Origin: Candidatus Hadarchaeum sp. | GTDB taxonomy: Archaea; Hadarchaeota; Hadarchaeia; Hadarchaeales; Hadarchaeaceae | DNA length: 64,000 nucleotides | Assembly (NCBI RefSeq): GCF_038871235.1 | Contig: NZ_JAVZIN010000002.1 | Coordinates: forward strand, 1 to 64,000 | Direction of reading: 5' to 3' | Position numbers and translations under genes: made by a program | Shown here: positions 38,707 to 52,929 of the stretch, piece after piece | Position numbering within the stretch: the stretch's first letter is position 1 | How the letters are laid out: the number at the start of each line of letters is the position of its first letter | Notes under the pieces: model-generated | What the model was told of the DNA's origin: nothing | The model's database searches: none | The model's input: only the letters and a program-made list of their open reading frames with translations

Positions 38707-38953
38707 CTAAACAATTAGAGATGGTATTGTTTAAGTTTGATTGCTTCTTTCCAACCGACGATATCGTAAGCGCTTGGAGGTTCTGTCAGACCTTCGCCTA
38801 ATTCCAAAGCAGGTTCAGATGGCGACACCTGATCAACTGACAACCAAGCAAAAGAGATAGGTCAAGAGCTGGGTGAAGGGGTTTTATTTCAATAACACCG
38901 GCACGACTTTTGTAAGCTTTATAATTATTATACTTAAGTGTAATGGGAAACTT

Positions 38954-39981
38954 ATGAAAAGTATCCCTTACCTCTCATGGATCGCGCCAATAATTGCAAT
39001 AATCGTTGGCTTTTTCATCGGCGCTGTTGTGATCGCCCTGAGCGGCCTAAATCCCATTGACGCTTATGCAAGGACTTTCTCGCAGTTTTTTAGCAGCTTG
39101 TTTAAAATTGGAGAGATCGTGGTCTTCGCCATACCGCTAATGATAATAGGTGCCGGATTAGTGCTTTCATTTGAAGCTAATTTCTGGAACATAGGAGCTG
39201 AAGGACAACTTTGGGTTGGTGGTCTTCTGGCAACTCTGATTGGACTTTATATAAACACTTCGGCGCCTATATACTTCATAACTATGGTGATTGCCGCTTT
39301 CTTAGGCGGCGTGGCTTGGGGACTGTTGCCAGTGATACTGAAAATAAAATATGGAACTAACGAAATTCTAACCAGCATGTTGTTGTGCCCAATTGCCATT
39401 TTATTAATTGATGCCCTCTTAACCGGTCCGCTAAAGGATCCAGTTTACCTATTCAACCAAACTCAGCTAATCGCGACCGAAGCTTGGCTGCCCGTTTTGA
39501 TACCCGAAACCAGAATAACACTCGCTCTATTTTGGCCCTCGCCTGTGTAATTGTGGTACACCTCATTCTCCAACGTTGCTCCTTGGGCTATCAAATAAGG
39601 GCAGTTGGCCATGGACTTAAAGCCGCAAAAGCATCAGGAATAAACGTATCTAAGATACTTTTGCTCACCATGATTATAAGCTCCGGACTCAGCGGAGTCG
39701 CGGGATATACTTTGCTAACTTCAATTCACCATCGACTTCTGCGCGGTTTCTCGCCAGGAGGCGGCTTTCTTGGATTTTGGGGCTATGGCTACATGGCTAT
39801 TGCGGTGGCACTACTAGCTAAGGGCAGACCACTGGCAACCATAGCCACGGCGGCAATCTTCGGATTTCTTGAGGCCTCTAGTTATTTGATGGAAGCCGCT
39901 GCAGGTGTCTCAAGATATATAATGATATTTGTTGAAGCGGTGATCCTAATAGCGATCGTCTGGCTTTATAGAATACGATAG
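38954..39981 (+). pseudogene. Nucleoside ABC permease 1, frameshifted near 39515-39530
   Basis: WNIGAEGQ and GTNEILTS in ORF1; LGYQIRAVG and GYGYMAIAVALLA in the -1 frame ORF. Confidence 0.8.
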
Positions 39982-39989
39982 GTGATAAA

Positions 39990-40877
39990 ATGGTGCTCGA
40001 TATTTTGGGATACATTTTATCCACAACATTGGACTACTCTACTCCAATCCTGATTGCTGCGATGGGAGAACTTATCGGTCAGCGTTCTGGTGTTCTAAAC
40101 CTCGGTATTGAAGGGACTATGTTAATGGGTGCCTTCATGAGCTATTTCGCCTCAATATATCTGGGCAATCTATACCTTGGTGTGTTTGTAGGAATTTTAA
40201 TCGGAATCGGACTAGGGATGATTATAGGTACCTCAAACATAGTGCTCGGCCGAAGCCAGATTGTCACGGGGATAGGAATGAATATGATGGGTATAGGCCT
40301 CTCAAGCTTCCTTTTTGTAAAAACCATCACTGATGTTTTTGGCAAGGTGCCTCCTGCAGGAACTATTCCTGCAATATTTTTCGGCGTCAGCCCCTTTACT
40401 TTTTTAGCCGTTGCTCTCGTTCCGACAATCTGGTTCTTTTTATACCGAACCACTGTTGGTCTCAAGGTCAGAGCAGTAGGTGAAAATCCTGAAGCTGCTG
40501 ATGTCGCTGGCATTAGTGTGCTCAAAACTAGATTTTCTTGTCTGCTTTTTGCAACGGCTTTAGCAGGATTAGCGGGCAGCTCGCTAGCGATCGGGACAAC
40601 AGGTTTATTCACCCATAACATGACGGCGGCGCGTGGTTTCATAGCTATTTCAGTCGTCATCCTTTCCAACTGGTCTCCACAAAAATGTTTGTTTGGTGCC
40701 CTTCTCTTCGGCCTCGTTTACTCAATTCAGGCAGTGTTCCAAGCCTACGGCGTTCCTGTGCCGTGGCAGGTGACGCTGACATTTCCATACATCGTGGCAA
40801 TAATTGCTCTCTTAGTTGCCTCGCGCAGGGCTCAAGCCCCTGCAGCTTTGATGATCCCATTCTTGAGAAAGAGATGA
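39990..40877 (+). CDS. Nucleoside ABC permease 2
   Basis: RSGVLNLGIEG, RAVGENP, RGFIAI, PAALMIPF. Confidence 0.9.
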   Translation: MVLDILGYILSTTLDYSTPILIAAMGELIGQRSGVLNLGIEGTMLMGAFMSYFASIYLGNLYLGVFVGILIGIGLGMIIGTSNIVLGRSQIVTGIGMNMMGIGLSSFLFVKTITDVFGKVPPAGTIPAIFFGVSPFTFLAVALVPTIWFFLYRTTVGLKVRAVGENPEAADVAGISVLKTRFSCLLFATALAGLAGSSLAIGTTGLFTHNMTAARGFIAISVVILSNWSPQKCLFGALLFGLVYSIQAVFQAYGVPVPWQVTLTFPYIVAIIALLVASRRAQAPAALMIPFLRKR

Positions 40878-40920
40878 AAATAAAGAAAGTTATAATTGAG
40901 TTTGCGCCGTCTTTAAAATT

Positions 40921-41889
40921 ATGCAGTACATCATCGAAACCTTCGATCTTTGCAAATACTACACTAACGTCAAAGCAGTAGACAGGTTAAACCTTAAGAT
41001 AAAGAAAGGAGAGATCTTCGGTTTACTCGGTCCCAACGGCGCCGGTAAAACCACCGCCATCTCAATGCTCTGCACAATACTTCCGCCCACCTCGGGGACG
41101 GCAACTGTAAACGGTTTTGACATCATTGAAGAGCCGGGGGAGGTCAGAAAATCGATAGGCATCGTCTTCCAGCAGCCGAGCGTTGATGATCTTCTCACTG
41201 GAAGGGAAAATCTCATGATGCACACCCTCCTGTTTAAGATGCCAAAGGAAATCAGGAAGAAAAGAATCGATGAGGTGCTCATGCTGGTCGACCTCGAAAA
41301 AAGAGCCGACGATCTGGTCAAGACCTACTCGGGAGGCATGCGCCGAAGACTGGAACTGGCGCGGGGCATGATGCATTACCCCACCGTGCTTTTTTTGGAT
41401 GAACCTACGTTAGGCCTTGACCCGCAAACGAGGGAACACATTTGGAGATACATCTCAACTTTGGCAAGGAAAGAGAAGATGACAATACTGCTCACCACCC
41501 ACTATATGGAAGAAGCGGAACTCCTCTGCGACCGTGTGGGCATCATCGACGCGGGGAAGATAATCGCCCTCGATGAGCCGGAAAAACTGAAATCCCGGCT
41601 GGGCGGCGACAAGATAATCATCAGGACAAAAAATCCGAAGCTCGCTGTGCTGAGAAAGCTCGACTGTGTAAAGGCCATTCACCGGCAGGGGGACATGCTC
41701 CAAATCGTGCTCAACAACCGTGAATGTGATCTGAAAAAGATTCTCCTCAACGCCGGTGATGTCAAAAGTGTGGAACTGAAGCCAACCACGCTCAACGATG
41801 TCTTCCTCCACTACACCGGCAAACAGATAAGGGAGAACGAGGCCGAGGGAGGATTCTGGCAGAGAATAATGAGCGAGCGGAGAACATGA
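40921..41889 (+). CDS. DrrA-type ABC exporter ATPase
   Basis: GPNGAGKT, YSGGMRRRLE, DEPTLGLDP, TTHYMEEA. Confidence 0.9.
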   Translation: MQYIIETFDLCKYYTNVKAVDRLNLKIKKGEIFGLLGPNGAGKTTAISMLCTILPPTSGTATVNGFDIIEEPGEVRKSIGIVFQQPSVDDLLTGRENLMMHTLLFKMPKEIRKKRIDEVLMLVDLEKRADDLVKTYSGGMRRRLELARGMMHYPTVLFLDEPTLGLDPQTREHIWRYISTLARKEKMTILLTTHYMEEAELLCDRVGIIDAGKIIALDEPEKLKSRLGGDKIIIRTKNPKLAVLRKLDCVKAIHRQGDMLQIVLNNRECDLKKILLNAGDVKSVELKPTTLNDVFLHYTGKQIRENEAEGGFWQRIMSERRT

Positions 41890-42635
41890 GCGAGATCGAA
41901 GGAATCTACGCCGTCTGGCTGAGAGAGTTCAAGGTCTACATCAGGGAAAAGGAGCGAGTAATCTCATCGTTGATATCACCGATCCTGTGGCTGATCGCCT
42001 TCGGCACAGGACTGGGATCGGTTGTGACCATTGAGGGAGTGAACTACCGAACCTACATTTATCCAGGCATCCTTATCATGAGCGTGCTCTTCTCCTCGCT
42101 TTTCTACGGGGTCTATGTGATCTGGGACAGAAAACTAGATTTTCTAAAAGAGGTACTGGTGGCTCCCCTCTCGCGTGTCAGCATATTTGTGGGAAAAGTG
42201 CTGGGCGGCTGCACCACGGTAATGGTCCAGACAACGGCGCTGCTGGTAATTGGCTACTTCATCGGTCTTTATCTCACTCCGGATGTCTTCATAAAAGTAT
42301 TCCTGCTCCTTTTTCTGCTCTCGGTCGCGCTGGTCAGCTTGGGTCTGAGCATCGGTGCCAACATGAGAAGTCCAGAAGGCTTCATGCTCGTGGCCAACTT
42401 CGTCATCTGGCCGCTGTTCTTCTTCAGTGGGGCTCTTTTCCCCCTAAGCAACCTGCCTCCATGGCTCTCAAGCATAACCTCCATAAACCCGGTGACTTAT
42501 GGTGTCGATCTGGTGAGAGGAACCATCATCGGAATCCAGCATTTCCCCTATTTAGCCGACATCGTGATAATCTTAACCTTCTCGCTCGCCACTATCCTAG
42601 TCGGAACTTGGAGCTTCAAAAGGATGCACGATTGA
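41886..42635 (+). CDS. ABC-2 type exporter permease
   Basis: FLKEVLVAP, FFSGALFP, NPVTYGVD. Confidence 0.9.
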   Translation: MSEIEGIYAVWLREFKVYIREKERVISSLISPILWLIAFGTGLGSVVTIEGVNYRTYIYPGILIMSVLFSSLFYGVYVIWDRKLDFLKEVLVAPLSRVSIFVGKVLGGCTTVMVQTTALLVIGYFIGLYLTPDVFIKVFLLLFLLSVALVSLGLSIGANMRSPEGFMLVANFVIWPLFFFSGALFPLSNLPPWLSSITSINPVTYGVDLVRGTIIGIQHFPYLADIVIILTFSLATILVGTWSFKRMHD

Positions 42636-42656
42636 AAATTAATGTTTTCAAAAAAT

Positions 42657-43415
42657 TCAAACTCTTTTGAATATGATCGTGGACTTATCCCTATTTTTAC
42701 GAATCTCATGCAGGCCCTCGCTCGCCAGTCTCGCCGCCTTTTCCGCGTTGGGCGCTGCCCCCACCCCGGCCTTCAATTCCAATCCCAGATCAGCCTTGAC
42801 CTCGGCAAGAACATCGGATATCTCCGACACCTCAAGTCCATTCGACAGTGCCATGATGTTGTCGCCGCCCATGTAAAATACTAAGGCGTTGCGGCGGAGA
42901 AACAACTGTACTAAAGCCAAATATGCCCTTTGAAGCATAAAATGAGTATCGTAAATTGGCTCGCTATCCGTGATAAGCGTGGAATGGTTTATGTCCATGT
43001 GAGCGATCTGTACCCAGTCTTGGTCTGGATAGCTCACACAGCTTCCCACCAAGGCGCCTTTACGTTCGGCAGACTGGCTACTTCCCACACGCTGCAGACA
43101 CAGCGTGGCTAGGACTTGGGCCTGATAGGGTGTTGTCGCGGCCCCCACACTCATGCTTACGGTTACCGGAAATTTGTTATTGATCACTTTCTGAATCTCC
43201 CGATGCTCTTCCATAGAGATGCCATTAGTCACGGCGAAGAGATTATCGAACCTGGTCGGGAAAACTAATCCGCCACGCGAGCCGAACTGACGCTCCAGCT
43301 CGGCAAAGAGCTCCGCCTGCAACACTTGAAGCTCAAATTCCCTTCTGGGCTCAGGCGTGACTGTCCATGGACCATAATTGTCTATCTGGATCAGGGTGAG
43401 CTGTATTTTCCTCAT
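42657..43415 (-). CDS. gch3: GTP cyclohydrolase III
   Basis: IQIDNYGPWT, RFDN, AHMDIN, GGDN. Confidence 0.92.
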   Translation of the reverse strand: MRKIQLTLIQIDNYGPWTVTPEPRREFELQVLQAELFAELERQFGSRGGLVFPTRFDNLFAVTNGISMEEHREIQKVINNKFPVTVSMSVGAATTPYQAQVLATLCLQRVGSSQSAERKGALVGSCVSYPDQDWVQIAHMDINHSTLITDSEPIYDTHFMLQRAYLALVQLFLRRNALVFYMGGDNIMALSNGLEVSEISDVLAEVKADLGLELKAGVGAAPNAEKAARLASEGLHEIRKNRDKSTIIFKRV

Positions 43416-43519
43416 AACATCCTCTAATTTTATTGCCTGAAGTGTGTAAATAATGTTTCGAAAATATGTCAAATTCTTTCCGAAAAAAGGGACGAATAAA
43501 GAGCAAGGAAGGGAATAAC

Positions 43520-44848
43520 ATGAAGATTCCCTGTGTCCTAACTATAGCTGGCTCTGATTCCGGAGGCGGCGCCGGGATTCAAGCCGATATAAAGACAATG
43601 GCGGCGCTCGGCGTTCATGGGCTGTGTGCCATTACTGCCGTAACCGCTCAAAACACGCGCGGTGTTGCTGCCGTTATCGAGTTGCCACCGGAGTTCGTCG
43701 CCAAACAAATCGATGTTGTCATGGACGATTTTGATGTGAAATTTGCCAAGACTGGAATGCTAAGCAGCGGGGAGATTATCAGGGCTGTTTCAGACCGTGT
43801 TAAAAAATATCAACTAAGGGTAGTTGTTGATCCGATAATTATTTCCGCGAGCGGTTCGCCCCTCATGAGAGAGGGGGCCTTATCGGCAATTGGTGAATTA
43901 CTCTCCTGCGCTGAACTAGTAACGCCAAACATTCACGAGGCTGAAAAGTTATCTGGATTAAGAATTAAATCGATTGGCGACATGAAACGCGCTGCCAAAA
44001 AAATTGCCGATCTCGGTCCACGAGCAGTCCTGATTAAAGGCGGGCATCTGGGGAGGGAAACTGTAACTGACGTTCTGTACCAAAATGGAGATTTCGAGGA
44101 GTTCAGCGGGCCTAGAATAACTAGAGAGACCACCCATGGCACAGGTTGCTCCTTATCCTCAGCAATTGCTGCCGAACTCGCCAAAGGCGCAACGCTGAGC
44201 GCCGCGGTCGGAAAGGCCCGGGAATTCATAACTCAGGCAATCAAAGGTCGGTTAAAGCTGGGCCATGGTGTCGTGCCGATCAACCAGATGGCGGGAATTC
44301 TGAGGGAGATTGAAACAGCGCGAGCTGTCACTGAAGTCTGGAAAGCCGCCCAGCTACTGGTGAAAAATCCGAAATTTGTAAAGTTGATCCCTGAAGTGGG
44401 GACAAACATTGTGATGGCATTACCTGGAGCAAAATCCAGATCTGATGTAGTCGGGCTTTCGGGGCGGATAGTGAGAACCAGTAGCGGGGCCGTGTTAACC
44501 GGATTTCCTGAGCTTGGAGGCTCAGAACATATGGCCAACGCTGTTCTGATTGCACACAGATTTGACTCCAGGATTCGCTCGGTGATGAACATCCGATTCT
44601 CTCCCGAGAACCTGCAAGCCTGCAGATCACTGGGACTAAGCATCTCTTCCTTCGACCGCGCCAGGGAACCAAAGGGAGTGAAAACCATGGAGTGGGGCAC
44701 GGAACAGGCCATAAAAAAGATAGGCCGAGTTCCGCAAGTCATTTTTGACAAGGGCGGTCCGGGCAAAGAAGCCATGATCAGACTTCTAGGCGATGCTCCA
44801 GGCGAGATTGCTTCTCTGGCGTTGAAAATAGCAGAAAAAATTAACTAA
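43520..44848 (+). CDS. thiDN: Bifunctional HMP/HMP-P kinase-thiamine phosphate synthase ThiDN
   Basis: AGSDSGGGAGIQAD, THGTGC; ThiN domain IPEVGTN, SEHMA, GKEAMI. Confidence 0.93.
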   Translation: MKIPCVLTIAGSDSGGGAGIQADIKTMAALGVHGLCAITAVTAQNTRGVAAVIELPPEFVAKQIDVVMDDFDVKFAKTGMLSSGEIIRAVSDRVKKYQLRVVVDPIIISASGSPLMREGALSAIGELLSCAELVTPNIHEAEKLSGLRIKSIGDMKRAAKKIADLGPRAVLIKGGHLGRETVTDVLYQNGDFEEFSGPRITRETTHGTGCSLSSAIAAELAKGATLSAAVGKAREFITQAIKGRLKLGHGVVPINQMAGILREIETARAVTEVWKAAQLLVKNPKFVKLIPEVGTNIVMALPGAKSRSDVVGLSGRIVRTSSGAVLTGFPELGGSEHMANAVLIAHRFDSRIRSVMNIRFSPENLQACRSLGLSISSFDRAREPKGVKTMEWGTEQAIKKIGRVPQVIFDKGGPGKEAMIRLLGDAPGEIASLALKIAEKIN

Positions 44849-44896
44849 GAGGAAAGCTTTTTTACCTATCCGCCAAAACGAGCGGGAGGGACAAAG

Positions 44897-45106
44897 ATGG
44901 GAAGCGTGAGGTCGCTGTACATAAAACGAGCGGCGAGAGAAATCCTTGAAAAATATCCCAACAAGTTCACCAAGGATTTCAGTGAAAACGCCAGAATCCT
45001 CGATGAGTTAATAAAAACGGACAGTAAGACAACCCGCAATAGAGTGGCAGGATATATAACTAAAATTATGAAACGGGAAAACGGAACAGCGGCTGAGAAT
45101 ATCTAA
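44897..45106 (+). CDS. rps17e: 30S ribosomal protein S17e
   Basis: MGSVR, FTKDFSEN, RNRVAGYIT. Confidence 0.95.
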   Translation: MGSVRSLYIKRAAREILEKYPNKFTKDFSENARILDELIKTDSKTTRNRVAGYITKIMKRENGTAAENI

Positions 45107-45225
45107 AAACAAACTTGTTCTAAAAAATTAATTTTCATTACCACCTCCTAAGCCAATTTGCCCCATTTTTAATCCATTTTCCTCCGCATTTTTTAATAGA
45201 AAGAGCGTTAATCAATTAGATTCCT

Positions 45226-46467
45226 ATGTACATTCCACTAATCATCTTAGTTGTAGTTTTCTTACTGATCGCGATAAGAAGAGTTGGTAGAATAAGTCTG
45301 CAGATGTGGCAGATCATGCTGTTCGGTGCCATCGCGGTTTTAGTGACAGGACAAATTTCACCGATGGATGCTTTGAAATCAATAAACTTGGATGTGATGC
45401 TGTTTCTCTTCGGGATGTTCACCGTTGGACAAGCCATGGATGAAAGCGGTTACTTATCACACCTATCCTACAAGATTTTCAACCGTTCCCGCTCAATCGA
45501 CTCCTTGATACTATCAATTCTTTTCGTTATGGGCTTGACCTCGGCATTCTTGATGAACGACACCATTGCCATCATCGGAACTCCAGTCATGCTGTTCCTA
45601 GCCAAAAGACATGCCATCTCCCCCAAGCTGTTGCTGCTTACCTTAGCCTTCGCAGTTACGATAGGAAGTGCGATGAGCCCCATCGGCAACCCGCAGAACG
45701 TCCTAATTGCCATAAACGGGGGCTTCGCCAACCCATTTATCACCTTTTTCAGGTTTCTCTTCCTGCCCACGATTATCAATCTTTTCGTGGCCTATCTTAT
45801 ACTGAAGTTCTTCCATCGGGAACAATTTCACTCAAAACCGTTGCTGCATTCCCAAGAGCCAATAAAGGACCACTTCCTCGCCTTACTTTCCAAACTTTCC
45901 TTGCTCATAATAGTGGTCCTAGTAATGATTAAAATCGGGTTGTGCTATCTGGCCCCCCAGTTCGATTTCAGGTTGACCTATGTTGCGCTAATTGCTGCCG
46001 CACCTATTTTAATTTTCAGCCCGCGGAGATTAAGAATACTAAAAAATATTGACTGGCATTCCCTCATTTTTTTCGCGGCAATGTTTGTGCTCATGGAAAG
46101 CGTCTGGCAGACGGGGTTTTTCCAGTCCATGATAACCAGCTTGAAAGTGAATATCGTGTCAATAACTATGATCTTAGTAATCAGCACCATTCTGAGTCAG
46201 TTCATTTCAAATGTGCCTCTAGTAGCTCTATATTTGCCCATGCTGACCCAAGCCGGAGCCTCATCCAAAGAGACGATCGCCTTGGCGGCTGGAAGCACCA
46301 TCGCTGGAAATTTGTTCATCTTAGGAGCAGCGAGCAACGTGATAATCATTCAAAACGCGGAAAAGAAATCCGGGGACACCTTGACCTTCTTTGAATTCGC
46401 CAAAGTTGGAGCTCCGCTGACCGTCGCAAATATTATAATCTACTGGATCTTCTTGTCTTGGCTCTAA
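45226..46467 (+). CDS. ArsB/NhaD/SLC13 family anion transporter
   Basis: AFLMNDT, SPIGNPQN, ISNVP, GAASNVII; multiple TM helices. Confidence 0.88.
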   Translation: MYIPLIILVVVFLLIAIRRVGRISLQMWQIMLFGAIAVLVTGQISPMDALKSINLDVMLFLFGMFTVGQAMDESGYLSHLSYKIFNRSRSIDSLILSILFVMGLTSAFLMNDTIAIIGTPVMLFLAKRHAISPKLLLLTLAFAVTIGSAMSPIGNPQNVLIAINGGFANPFITFFRFLFLPTIINLFVAYLILKFFHREQFHSKPLLHSQEPIKDHFLALLSKLSLLIIVVLVMIKIGLCYLAPQFDFRLTYVALIAAAPILIFSPRRLRILKNIDWHSLIFFAAMFVLMESVWQTGFFQSMITSLKVNIVSITMILVISTILSQFISNVPLVALYLPMLTQAGASSKETIALAAGSTIAGNLFILGAASNVIIIQNAEKKSGDTLTFFEFAKVGAPLTVANIIIYWIFLSWL

Positions 46468-46580
46468 TTTGGCCAGCTGTTCTTTGACAATAATTCAGTC
46501 TACAATTAAAAAGCGATCAACGGAAAAATTTAAATAAACACAGGGTTTCCTTTTTTTATCCTTGAAGAAGGAGGAATAGC

Positions 46581-46757
46581 ATGCCACCAGTCGTTGACCT
46601 TAAAAAGTGCACTGGGGCTGGAGTCTGCGCAGAGGTCTGCCCGGCCAACGTCATTGAAATCCAAAATGGAAAGGCCGTAGTTGTTCGTCCGGATGACTGT
46701 ATTGAGTGCCGAGCCTGCGAGGCCTCGTGCCCAAACGGTGCCATTAAGCTCCCATGA
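46581..46757 (+). CDS. Small dicluster ferredoxin (58 aa, missing from ORF track)
   Basis: MPPVVDLKKCTGAGVCAEVCPANV...DCIECRACEASCPNGAIKLP; GGAGG SD. Confidence 0.93.
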   Translation: MPPVVDLKKCTGAGVCAEVCPANVIEIQNGKAVVVRPDDCIECRACEASCPNGAIKLP

Positions 46758-46910
46758 ATGTGACTAAATATCCCGCATCAAAATTGAACCTAATCAAGCG
46801 GGGACTATTTTTCACCCTCGTTATAATGACTTGATTATTGTTGCCTAATCTTAATCGAAGTGTTTACAAAATTTTCGAAAATGCAAAATTTAGATCTCGT
46901 GATTATGAAA

Positions 46911-50030
<3,120 letters not shown>

Positions 50031-50097
50031 AATCATCTTGCGTTTTCCGCAATATGCCCTTAGCACGAGAGTTTCCTCGCGTGCCGCATTTATAATG

Positions 50098-50162
50098 TGG
50101 ACCCGGCGGGAATCGAACCCGCGACCTTCGGCTTGCAAAGCCGACGCTCTGCCTCTGAGCTA

Positions 50163-50169
<7 letters not shown>
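50098..50169 (-). tRNA. tRNA-Ala(UGC), CCA not encoded
   Basis: GGGCCTG...TCGGC-TTTGCAA-GCCGA...TTCGATT...CGGGTCCA; G3:U70 identity pair. Confidence 0.97.
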
Positions 50170-51729
<1,560 letters not shown>

Positions 51730-51878
51730 AGCCCTTCCAGTAGCCTGGTTTGTTCGGATCCACATTTTGAGTCCACACCAAGAGTACGATTTCTCATCGT
51801 GGGACATTCACGGTCCCAAACTCCAAATCGACGCCGTTCACACTGCAGTGTGGACGGTATAATCTCTGAAACTTACCA

Positions 51879-51886
51879 TACTTAAA
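51879..51886 (-). promoter_or_regulatory. Putative TATA box of rRNA operon
   Basis: TTTAAGTA about 200 nt upstream of 16S. Confidence 0.55.
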
Positions 51887-52117
51887 GCTAACGCAGCGCC
51901 CCACCATTTTGCTCGATATTCGAAAATTCTGTTTTCCCAACCTTTCTAAAATCTTAAACGGTCACGAACATGAAAACAGCTTTTTCCATCTGTTCAACTA
52001 CTATAAAAACATGTTTTGAAACTCGGCGAAATTAAATCTCGCAAACGTTGCCATTCCCATAAACAACCAACGAAAGTACTAAAAAGCCGCCGTATAAGTA
52101 ATTGGCGAGGTGACCTG

Positions 52118-52345
52118 ATGAAAAGGTTGTCTGAGTTGAACGGCCTCAAGGTCTACAGCGATCGCGCGCGCTACGTGGGAACTGTAGAAGATGCTGTAAT
52201 CGATGATAAAGAGGGAGCGGTAGTTGGCCTTGTTTTTGGGCGAAAGGGAGATAAGGCCCTATCAATTCCCTACACGAGCATCATGGCAATTGGAGATATC
52301 ATTTTAATTCAGAGCAAAAAGGAAGAGGCAGTTGCGCCAACATGA
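52118..52345 (+). CDS. PRC-barrel domain protein
   Basis: LSELNGLKVYSDRARYVGTVED...IPY..IMAIGDIILI; GAGGTGA SD before ATG 52118. Confidence 0.85.
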   Translation: MKRLSELNGLKVYSDRARYVGTVEDAVIDDKEGAVVGLVFGRKGDKALSIPYTSIMAIGDIILIQSKKEEAVAPT

Positions 52346-52929
52346 TTGAGGCTTTTCGGGGTAAAAAGCCCCGCATCCATAAGACGGCATTCGTTCATCC
52401 GTCCGCCACAATTATAGGTGATGTTGTTATCGGCAAGCGCGCAAGCGTTTGGCCTGGGGCGGTCATCAGGGCGGACTTCGCCAGCGTAAAGATTGGTAAC
52501 TACTCCAACGTTCAGGACAATGCGGTAATTCACTCCGGAGATGTGTACCGGAACGGGAAGCCTGAATATTTTCCCACCAAAATTGGCAACTATGTAATCA
52601 TCGGCCACCGCGCGCTAGTTCATGGCGCTACTATCGAAAACCAATGCATCATCGGTGCGGGCTCGGTTGTCTTTAACCGCGCGAGAGTCAGGAAAGGCGC
52701 AATGGTCGGGATTGGAGCAGTTGTTCTTAGAGATGTTGAAGTGCCACCGCGCACGGTTGTCGTAGGCATACCAGCTAGGCCCCTGCGGACGATAACAGAC
52801 GAAGAATTCAGGCAGATTAAAACCCAAGCCATTAACTACTCAAAACTAGCTGAAGAATATCTTAAAGCGGAATCAATGTCGTCTCAAGTCCATCGTAAGT
52901 GGGGTAGGCCTCGACTAAAGCGAAAGTGA
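52342..52929 (+). CDS. Gamma-class carbonic anhydrase family protein
   Basis: Hexapeptide repeats; IRAD, NVQDNAVIH, GHRALVHG. Confidence 0.9.
   Translation: MIEAFRGKKPRIHKTAFVHPSATIIGDVVIGKRASVWPGAVIRADFASVKIGNYSNVQDNAVIHSGDVYRNGKPEYFPTKIGNYVIIGHRALVHGATIENQCIIGAGSVVFNRARVRKGAMVGIGAVVLRDVEVPPRTVVVGIPARPLRTITDEEFRQIKTQAINYSKLAEEYLKAESMSSQVHRKWGRPRLKRK

Noticed and set aside
46556-46744. 62-aa minus-strand ORF
   Set aside because: Antisense shadow of the ferredoxin on the plus strand
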